Shown here piece by piece: positions 17,712 through 24,757 of a stretch of 41,551 nucleotides of DNA (the stretch's first letter is position 1; the number at the start of each line of letters is the position of its first letter). Origin of the DNA: a virus; IMG/VR virus record IMGVR_UViG_3300045988_025400. One strand, written 5' to 3'. Below the pieces are notes generated by a model. It saw nothing but the letters and a program-made list of their open reading frames with translations, searched no databases and had not been told where the DNA came from. The translations under genes were made by a program, and so were the position numbers.

Positions 17712-18905
17712 TCAATCGTCATTCAAAAGCACCGCTTTCTTCCCCGTAAACTTCTCCCACCGGTCAACAATGACATCGGCATACTTCGGATCATACTCCA
17801 TGCAGAAAGCGTGTCTGCCATTCTGCTCCGCTGCCATGATCGTTGTGCCGGACCCAGCGAACAGGTCAAGCACATTCTCGCCCGGCTTACTGGAGCACTG
17901 CATCTGGTAATCAAACAGCTTAATCGGCTTCATGGTCGGATGCTCCGCAGATTTGACAGGCTTATCAAAATTCAACACGGTTGTCTGTCTGCGGTTCTTG
18001 AAGAAATAATGCTTCTTACCTTCCGTCCATCCGTACAGACAAGGCTCGTGCGCTTCCTCTTCAATCTCGCTCTCACCATACAAGCAAGGCTCATGTTTCC
18101 ACTGGAAATCCTGTCTCCCCATCACAAGGGAGTTCTTCACCCAGATCAGGCACTGCCGGACACGCAGCATCGCATCTCTGCACGCGCCTCGGAAGTTATA
18201 CCCCTCGCTGTCTGCGTGCCAAATGTAAAATGGAGCGCCGGGTTTCATAACCATCGCCGCATTGGAAAACGCGTCCGTCAGGAACCGTCTAAATGCCGTA
18301 TCCTCCATATTGTCGTTCTTAATCTTCCCGGCGGTGCCCTGATAGTCCACATTGTACGGAGGGTCTGTGAGCAGCAAATCCATTTGTGCCCCCCCCACGA
18401 GCTTCTGTACGTCTGTCAAAGACGTGCTATCTCCGCACATAAGGCGATGGTCTCCAAGCTGGTACACATCGCCAAGTTTGCTCTTCGGCTCTGCTGGTAA
18501 AACAGGATCGTAGTTGTCCTCTACAACTGACGTGTCGAGTTCATCACGCAGCCCCCAATCAAAGTCAAACGCCGACAAATCCAGCCCAGGCAGTTCATCA
18601 GCCAGCAGGTCAAAGTCCCAATCGCTCTCGTTGCTCTTGTTGTCCACCAGCCGCAGGGCGTTTACCTGCTCCGGTGTCAGATCATCCACACAGACGCACG
18701 GCACTTCTTCCATGCCCAGCTTCTTTGCCGCCATAGCGCGGCAGTGGCCGATGACAATAACACCCTCTCGGTCAATCACAATCGGCTGCACGAACCCGTA
18801 CTGTTTAATGCTTTCGGCCACATTGTTGATTTGCCGTCTGTCGTGCTTCTTGGCATTTGCAGCATACGGCATAATATCCGCCAGCCGCTTGTTTTTTACT
18901 TCCAT
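17712..18905 (-). CDS. ParB-like nuclease domain fused to a beta-class amino (N6-A/N4-C) DNA methyltransferase
   Basis: N-terminal ParB/Srx-like region (...VIGHCRAMAAKKLG...). DPPY (motif IV) precedes FAGSGTT (motif I). Contains an in-frame G8 tract (18389-18396) and a duplicated HEPCLYG segment. Confidence 0.9.
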   Translation of the reverse strand: MEVKNKRLADIMPYAANAKKHDRRQINNVAESIKQYGFVQPIVIDREGVIVIGHCRAMAAKKLGMEEVPCVCVDDLTPEQVNALRLVDNKSNESDWDFDLLADELPGLDLSAFDFDWGLRDELDTSVVEDNYDPVLPAEPKSKLGDVYQLGDHRLMCGDSTSLTDVQKLVGGAQMDLLLTDPPYNVDYQGTAGKIKNDNMEDTAFRRFLTDAFSNAAMVMKPGAPFYIWHADSEGYNFRGACRDAMLRVRQCLIWVKNSLVMGRQDFQWKHEPCLYGESEIEEEAHEPCLYGWTEGKKHYFFKNRRQTTVLNFDKPVKSAEHPTMKPIKLFDYQMQCSSKPGENVLDLFAGSGTTIMAAEQNGRHAFCMEYDPKYADVIVDRWEKFTGKKAVLLNDD

Positions 18906-19401
18906 GTGGCCTCCTTTGCCTGACGCAGCGGCCTCCCACCACTGGCCTTTGTCATTGCCGCGTCCTTCCCCGGCTTTCGCCTCGCCTGTATTCCATGTCT
19001 CCCCTGGGTCACATTTTTAAGAGGTGCGGGAAGTCCTGTTTTATGTAAGCAGACTATTTGGGCCGCATCCCTTACAGCGGTCTGCCAGCGCATCGCCTGT
19101 TGTTTTACACAATCGGTCGGGTGCCACCACGCATCCATACTGTCCTACACAGCGGCTTTGTCCTAAGACAACCGCCACCACACCGCATCCACGCCTCGGA
19201 TTTCTTTCGGCACGCCGGCACCCGAACCAACCACGGACTTTTCAGCCCTGCGCCGGTACGTCGGTCGCATCCGTTTCTTCATTCACAGCCGGAGCCAGCC
19301 AAATAATTATTATTCGTCCTGCCGCTTTCGTACAGCGCACAGGAAAGACCACTTCCGCAGGCTTACGCTCCGTGCGGCTGCGAGGCAAGGGGCCACGCCT
19401 A
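18906..19401 (-). ncRNA. candidate large structured non-coding RNA (class unassigned; ROOL/GOLLD-like context)
   Basis: About 500 nt with no credible ORF, lying downstream (minus strand) of a tRNA-like element. GC-rich short helices with GNRA caps (e.g. GGC-GAAA-GCC at 18972-18981) and four copies of GGATGCG. Boundaries are not determined. Confidence 0.3.
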
Positions 19402-19480
19402 TGGTGCAGACAGCAAGATTTGAACTTGCGAACCCGAAAATTCTTCATATCGGAGCTGTATCCACCCAGCTTCTGCCTGC
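19402..19480 (-). tRNA. tRNA-like gene with encoded CCA and a non-canonical 8-nt anticodon loop
   Basis: Minus strand: GCAGGCA GA AGCT GGGTGGATAC AGCT C CGATA TGAAGAAT TTTCG GGTTC GCAAG TTCAAAT CTTGC TGTCTGC A CCA. The acceptor, D and T arms are canonical. The anticodon stem has a U-U mismatch, the loop is 8 nt, and position 8 is G. Confidence 0.55.
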
Positions 19481-19621
19481 ATATTGCTCCCTCCGGGCGG
19501 AGCCGAAGCCCCGCCCATCAGGAAAAGAAGGGGGAAAAGAAAAAGAATGGAGATGCAGAGTTCGCCCCTGCACCCCCACGTTATCACATCTTTTTTTGTT
19601 GTTGCATTTCGTTGTGCAACA

Positions 19622-19846
19622 TCACCTAATTTCTGCGTTTACATACGGTGCATACTCTTCTTTTATCGCACATTCTTTCAGCGGGCAGTACCGGCAGTTT
19701 TTAGCAAAGGGGCACTCGCGCCGTTCTGCTCTGGATATACAGCGAGATACAGTGGATGTGCTTACACCAAAATGCCGTGCAATCGTGCTCATGCGCCATC
19801 CGCACTCAAAGTATAGTCTCAAGTATTCGACCGTCTGCTCTTTCAC
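19622..19846 (-). CDS. HTH DNA-binding protein with Cys-rich C-terminus (possible late-gene regulator)
   Basis: GTG 19846 after GGAGGAGGTGG, overlapping the upstream stop (GTGA). HTH region: MSTIARHFGVSTSTVSRCISRAERR. Confidence 0.65.
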   Translation of the reverse strand: MKEQTVEYLRLYFECGWRMSTIARHFGVSTSTVSRCISRAERRECPFAKNCRYCPLKECAIKEEYAPYVNAEIR

Positions 19847-20037
19847 CCTACCACCTCCTCCGGGAAGAATGTCTCCCGCACCCCGCCGCACTCCGCCACG
19901 ATGTACCGCCCCTTCGGATGCACGTACACCACCGTGCCCTTGCGGATGGGGAACCGCTTTTCATCGTTGGCGCCGGAGCCGGGGTACTCGCTCGGCAGCG
20001 TCATAAACCGCGCCCGGATCGTGTCACCCTTCTGCAT
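19843..20037 (-). CDS. hypothetical protein (64 aa)
   Basis: ORF from the track, in an overlapping chain with its neighbours. Confidence 0.55.
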   Translation of the reverse strand: MQKGDTIRARFMTLPSEYPGSGANDEKRFPIRKGTVVYVHPKGRYIVAECGGVRETFFPEEVVG

Positions 20038-20347
20038 CGCCGCCGTCCTTTTTCTCGCCGTAGGAGCAGAAGTCGTCCGGCTCTACACACACCGCATCGC
20101 CGGAATACCCGCGGGCATTTGTCTTTGGCTCCGTATGTAGGTAACACAAACCGTTTTGGTAGTTGCGATAGTGCTTGCAGTCCTTGCAGCGCACCACCGG
20201 GGCAACATCAGCGGCAGGCTGTGCGTCTACCTCCCATATCACATCTTCAAGCAGCCCACAGCCTTGTTCGTCATCAACATCCGCATGAGCATCCCGCCAA
20301 TTCTCTAAAACTTTGCGTAACGCTTCCCTGTCAATGTATTCAGCCAT
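20024..20347 (-). CDS. hypothetical Cys-containing phage protein (107 aa)
   Basis: Trimmed to ATG 20347 (MAEYIDREAL...) after GGAGGG. ATG overlaps the upstream stop. Confidence 0.6.
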   Translation of the reverse strand: MAEYIDREALRKVLENWRDAHADVDDEQGCGLLEDVIWEVDAQPAADVAPVVRCKDCKHYRNYQNGLCYLHTEPKTNARGYSGDAVCVEPDDFCSYGEKKDGGDAEG

Positions 20348-20516
20348 TGTCAGCCCTCCTGTTCCACTTTTCGACGATAAATTTGGGTTCGCTATATACG
20401 CCACTTTCAAAATCACACTCTGGACAGTATATATAGCACTCTTCTGGGCTGTTGCCATCTACTGTTTCAAGTATTGCTTCTCCGCCGCAGAACGGGCAAG
20501 GTTTCAGGTCATACAT
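20340..20516 (-). CDS. Lar-like restriction-alleviation family zinc-ribbon protein
   Basis: MYDLKPCPFCGGEAILETV...CPECDFESG...KWNRR is the characteristic Lar-family pattern. ATG 20516 overlaps the upstream stop. Confidence 0.65.
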   Translation of the reverse strand: MYDLKPCPFCGGEAILETVDGNSPEECYIYCPECDFESGVYSEPKFIVEKWNRRADNG

Positions 20517-21060
20517 CCTTCGTCGCCTCCACATAGCACCAGCTCTGGGGCGGGCGGCGAAGCGGCAAAGCCCCATTGTTGCAGATACCGTTGTTGTTGC
20601 TATACATGGCGCAGGCCTCACAGGATAGGTCATTAGGGCAAGCCCGCCGGAACTCCGTCAAGTCCCGCGGCTGGTCATAAATGCACAAGTCGGACATATG
20701 CCAGCCGTAACAACGCCCCTTATCGCCGATATAAGCTATAATTTCTGACTGAGTTAAGCACGTCGCGGGGGAAAAGGCGGCATTTGTTGTACTACTTAAC
20801 TCGCCGCCATCGTATGCAATAAGGGCGATTCTTTCACAGGTAAACTCCCCGATGACCTTGCCGCCGCCGTAAAACTGTGGCATTGGATAGTCCGTCGCGA
20901 TGAAGTCCTCGTGCGGATATTTTGGCAGCGTGCAGTAGATGTAACATTTGAACGGCGTTTTCAACTTCGGCTTGGTCTTGCGGACTTCAATAGTCTTCTC
21001 GCCGCTGGCAATCTTTTCACACCACTTCTGGCGAATGCTTATAAGTACGGCCTTGCTCAT
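20509..21060 (-). CDS. ASCH-domain protein
   Basis: Trimmed to ATG 21060 (GGAAGGAGGAAAAGGC RBS). N-terminus MSKAVLISIRQKWCEKIASGEKTIEVRKTKPK is typical of ASCH. Confidence 0.7.
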   Translation of the reverse strand: MSKAVLISIRQKWCEKIASGEKTIEVRKTKPKLKTPFKCYIYCTLPKYPHEDFIATDYPMPQFYGGGKVIGEFTCERIALIAYDGGELSSTTNAAFSPATCLTQSEIIAYIGDKGRCYGWHMSDLCIYDQPRDLTEFRRACPNDLSCEACAMYSNNNGICNNGALPLRRPPQSWCYVEATKDV

Positions 21061-21088
21061 GCCTTTTCCTCCTTCCACGGCGTATCCA

Positions 21089-21439
21089 TCACTCCACCTC
21101 CTGCATCCAGAACTCGCGGCGACAATCGGAGCACCCCTGGCGCAAACAATCGGCGGTAGCCCGTATATCAGCAACAATACGCTTAGGGCACAGGATCAAA
21201 AGCCCGGTGTTATCAATATCAGCCTGAGGATACTGCTCCAAAAACACGCTCTGCCGCGTCTTGCACGGGTGTGCAGCAGACCACTCCTCGACCAGCTCGA
21301 CAATCTCCTCCGCGCTCTCCTGTGAACGCTCCTTAGCAGGTACAGTACAAAAGTCAGTCTTGTATACAGGGCAATCCTCGCACTCATCAACCTTTGTGCA
21401 CATACGCAGATATTCCTTTACAAACTTCACAGCATCCAT
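21089..21439 (-). CDS. hypothetical Cys-rich protein
   Basis: Trimmed to ATG 21439, which overlaps the upstream TGA. Confidence 0.55.
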   Translation of the reverse strand: MDAVKFVKEYLRMCTKVDECEDCPVYKTDFCTVPAKERSQESAEEIVELVEEWSAAHPCKTRQSVFLEQYPQADIDNTGLLILCPKRIVADIRATADCLRQGCSDCRREFWMQEVE

Positions 21440-21834
21440 CACATTTCCCTCCATTTGCACCCGTCACAGGCGCCCTCGTGTGCTTGTTTGTACTTCCCGC
21501 AGTATTGGCACAGCTCGTTTTTCATGGCGTGCAATTCACTTTGCTCCTCCTCCACCGCTACGGTCTTGGCAAACTGCGCCAGTCCATCACTCATGTCCGC
21601 GATTTGCGCATCCCGCCGCAAAACGGTGTCCCGCAGGGCGGCGTTGGCCTGCAACAGTGCCTCGATGTGCCGCTGCTGGTTCTCGATCAGGTCAGCGGCG
21701 GCAACATTTTTCTTTGTGCAGCAGTCGCCCAGTTCGTCGCTCGTGCTGAAAAACGGGCAATCCTTACTGCACTCAAATTCGCCATTGAAACTGGCACAGC
21801 ACCGCAGCGCGGTCACGATCTCGTCCCTTTTCAT
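21439..21834 (-). CDS. hypothetical Cys-rich / coiled-coil protein
   Basis: 131-aa ORF. GAGGAGGAA RBS lies within the end of the MTase gene. Confidence 0.6.
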   Translation of the reverse strand: MKRDEIVTALRCCASFNGEFECSKDCPFFSTSDELGDCCTKKNVAAADLIENQQRHIEALLQANAALRDTVLRRDAQIADMSDGLAQFAKTVAVEEEQSELHAMKNELCQYCGKYKQAHEGACDGCKWREM

Positions 21835-21835
21835 G

Positions 21836-23664
21836 TCATTCCTCCTCTGGAAAATGTTTCTTCGTCACGGCGATGGGAAACGGCTCGATCTCGCTTGCCC
21901 ACCGCGCCGTGCCTTTACCGTGTATGCGTTCCCAGATCAGCGGGAACCCTGCGATGCCATCAAATAAGCTACCCAGCGTCGCGTCCTCCGGCAAATACCG
22001 CGCCATACGCCGCAGCATCCAGTCCCAGAAGGGCAGGGCGATGGAGTTGCCCAGTGCCTTGTACCGTGGGCTGTCCGCGTCCTTGTGCTTCTTTCCCTTT
22101 TCGTCTGTCCACTCGCCGATGTCCGTCCAGTAGTCAGGGAATCCTTGCAGCCGTTCACATTCCATCGGCGTCAGTCGGCGCACGACCATGTGTGTGATAG
22201 CAAGGTCTGTGCTGTCCTTAAAGTCCCGTTGCTTGCAACTGCTTGCAACCTCGGCGGCGCGGTAATCTCCAAAACCATTCATCTGGTATGTAAGCGGCAC
22301 TTGGTTTCCGCCCGTGCCCATTCTCGCCTGCAATGCTGGGACTTGCTCCCCGCACTCGCGGATGACGTCACAGGCGTGTGTCATGTCCAGCGCCACCACC
22401 GCTATGCCGCCCTGATTTTTGCTTGGGTCTGGATTTGTCGTGTCGAGAGTTTTTGCAATTTCGGTTTCTCGGCAACCACTGTTGGGGTTTTTGCTTTTCA
22501 TGCTGTTGCTGGCGAGACTGTCAAAGCTATACGCGCACAGTACGCTGTCCCGCGCCATACCGCCGTTCTCATTGGCATTCAGACTGTGCCATACGCCATC
22601 CTGATCGTACACTCTTGCGCTCTGCGCGTCCCACGGATTCATGCACATTACCCCGTGGCGGTCGCCGGCGGTCAGCGTGGGGGATGGGTCGCCTTCTTTG
22701 CCGATGCCAAGACCGTTGCCGCTGCCATCGTGGTTGCGGCTCTCTCCGCCGCCCTGCCATCTGGTGGCTTTGTCGTTGATGGGGATAGCCGTTGCAAATA
22801 CGCCATGCGAATGTGCGGCAGAAATGGTGTTCGCCGGGTCACCCGGTTCTCCTACGCCGAATCCTGTTCCGCGCCCTAACGCTTTGCAGCGCGTAGCCAC
22901 CATCAGGTTAATAGGCGTGGGCGTGAAAATCGTCTGATCGTTGCCCGTACCAAGCGTTCCGCTTTTCTCCGTCTGCACTAACGCGCCTTTTCCTCCTCCG
23001 TCACAGCCCCCCCCTGATGCGGACTGCATAAGAAGCACCGCTTTCAGCCGCTCCGGCAGGTCCTTCCCCCGCCGCTCCGCTCTCCGTAATATCCCCAGAC
23101 ACGCTTTCGCGGTCAAACGGTATTTGGGCAGCGGATTCACCTCCAAAATCTGCGACAACCGAGATTCTTCGGCGACGCTGTGGGGTCCCCAGACGGATAA
23201 CATTTCCTGTACGGCTGTCTCGGATGGTTTTTCCCCAGTCTTTAGCGTCGTGAGTTCGCCAAGCGATAGACCACCCATCACCGTCGATGGCTCCTGCTTT
23301 TGTCCATTTCCACTTTTCCGGCAGTCCAGATAGAGAAAATCCTGGTTCTGCGATACGCGCAATTTCTTCCAGCACGGCGTGGAAGTCCCGTCCTCTGTTG
23401 CTGCTGAATGCTCCGACAACGTTCTCCCAAACGAGAAACCGAGGTCGGACCATGTCACCTGTCCGTCCATTCCGTTTTTCCTCCGCTCTCATTTCTTTTA
23501 CGATGCGCACCTGCTCCATAAACAAGCCGCTTCGCGCTCCCGCCAAACCGGCGCGTTTTCCGGCGATGGATAGATCCTGTCTAACAAGGTGAACCACCTG
23601 TAATACACCAAATGGGTTCAATCTCTGCCCCATTTATTTTCGTAATATCGCCTAAATGTTTCAC
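21836..23664 (-). pseudogene. circularly permuted DNA (cytosine-5) methyltransferase interrupted by two frame changes
   Basis: Segment 1 (23584-23664; GTG start after AGGAGGTG): KHLGDITKINGAEIEPIWCITGGSPC, then TAG. Segment 2 (frame +1, from 23579): QDLSIAGKRAGL..FLVWENV..PQRRRRISVVADFGG..RIRGG, ending at the G8 tract. Segment 3 (frame -1, to 21836): CDGGGKGALVQ...RRLTPMECERLQGFPDYW..YKALGNS..., then ATLGSLFDGIAGFPL (motif I) and WASEIEPFPIAVTKKHFPEEE (motif II). Confidence 0.75.
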
Positions 23665-23676
23665 CTAAATCACCTC

Positions 23677-23952
23677 CTAATCTCCAAACACAACGCCGCA
23701 CTCGTCCTTCAGCACGTCCTTGATGTGCTTCCGCTTGATGCGGCCTTCGTTGATCTCCTGCGTGATCTTTTCCAAGCATTCGTACAGATACGCGATACTG
23801 TGGGTGTCCCGGCTGTCCGGCGTCTCCTCCTGGACGTGCCAGCCGCACTTGTCGATCAGCGCCATCGCCACCAGGTCCATGCACTCCTGCGTGCCTCTGC
23901 GCTTGCCGTCCATAAAAATCCGGTCGTCCCGGCTCAAATGCTGCTTGCCCAT
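23677..23952 (-). CDS. hypothetical protein (91 aa)
   Basis: ORF from the track, lying between the two MTase genes. Its stop lies inside the RBS of the C5-MTase start. Confidence 0.6.
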   Translation of the reverse strand: MGKQHLSRDDRIFMDGKRRGTQECMDLVAMALIDKCGWHVQEETPDSRDTHSIAYLYECLEKITQEINEGRIKRKHIKDVLKDECGVVFGD

Positions 23953-23955
23953 GTG

Positions 23956-24563
23956 TCACCACAACCTTTCCTGCGCCGTATGCTCCGCAAACCGCTGCTC
24001 TTGCAGCCGGAAGTATGCCGGATCGATCTCGCATCCAACAAACTCAAAGCCGAGGTTATAGGCCGCTATTCTGCTGCTCCCGCTACCCAGATGCGTGTCC
24101 AAAATGCGCCAGCCTTCTTTGGCGTACTTCATCAGCAGCCACTCGTACAATGCCACGGGCTTTTGCGTTGGATGTATTCTTTTCCCCTTTTCTTGCAACG
24201 GCGAGTAATAAAAAGTTCTCGCGGATGTATCGAAAGAAGTCCATGCAAATTCGCAAGATGCAAAAGAAATATCTTCCGGCTGCTTTTTGTCCCAAATAAC
24301 AAATCCCCTACAAGGCGGAAGATCGTAATAATTCCCCCCCATATTATTTGGTTTTTGCTGCATCTTTTTAATTCGCTAAAATACACATCACCCGGAGTCG
24401 CATCGTCCCATCTTGTTTCAGTGGCATTGTATTTTTTCAATCGACCACTATCATGAATGCTAATTCCATACGGCGGGTCTACGATGGCAAGGTCAAACGC
24501 CTTGTCCGGCAGCGTCCGCATATACTCCATGCAGTCGGTGTTTATCGCAATCTGCTTGCCCAT
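23956..24563 (-). pseudogene. beta-class N6-adenine/N4-cytosine DNA methyltransferase, frame broken at a G7 tract
   Basis: Frame 1: MGKQIAINTDCMEYMRTLPDKAFDLAIVDPPYG...NQIIWGG. Frame 2: (GG)NYYDLPPCRGFVIWDKK...HPTQKPVALYEWLL...DTHLGSGSS. The junction is TGGGGGGGAAT (7 G; plus-strand C7 at 24334-24340). One extra G would give ...IIWGGNYYDLPP... in frame. Confidence 0.8.
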
Positions 24564-24757
24564 CACTCGCCCTCCTCCAGACGCACCACCTCATAGCATC
24601 CGTAGCTGCCGACGTGCCGGAACGCCTTGCAGATACCCACACGGACATTCTGATATTTCCGACCGGACAACTGCGCCAGCTCCGCCGTGGTCGTACCCCA
24701 CCAGCGGGGCAGGCGGTACTTATCGCGGGTGACTATCATGTAGACTGTCATGCTCAC
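24563..24757 (-). CDS. hypothetical small protein, possibly HTH
   Basis: 64-aa ORF. Its TGA overlaps the MTase ATG. Confidence 0.5.
   Translation of the reverse strand: MSMTVYMIVTRDKYRLPRWWGTTTAELAQLSGRKYQNVRVGICKAFRHVGSYGCYEVVRLEEGE

Noticed and set aside
17546-17722. 58-aa minus-strand ORF (MTIEEAQAIIAKTSSPYLKQDMEKFIKRQHRKEGA...) between the ParB-MTase and terS
   Set aside because: It would overlap terS by 70 nt in another frame and its tail looks like read-through. It may be a shorter real peptide, but that is not supportable from sequence alone.
19402-19480. tRNA-like element as attP core (integration into a host tRNA gene) or as part of a tmRNA
   Set aside because: The integrase is a serine recombinase 15 kb away with its own palindromic site. 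The element is a full cloverleaf with both acceptor strands rather than a 3' tRNA fragment. There is no tag-ORF or split tRNA-like domain as in tmRNA.
19484-19816. Plus-strand 110-aa ORF preceded by the purine-rich GGAAAAGAAGGGGG run
   Set aside because: It runs antisense through the HTH gene, is Cys/Phe/Arg-rich, and the purine run is better explained as part of the structured region.
23580-23583. Decoding of the TAGA insertion in the C5-MTase by the 8-nt-loop tRNA-like gene (quadruplet codon)
   Set aside because: A UAGA codon needs anticodon UCUA, and neighbouring quadruplets need AACA or CUAA. The loop is UGAAGAAU and contains none of these, so there is no support for a link.
23581-23583. 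TAG stop-codon reassignment
   Set aside because: Reading through TAG in the same frame gives TGSIHRRKTRRF..., not the conserved QDLSIAG. Many other genes in this genome end in TAG.
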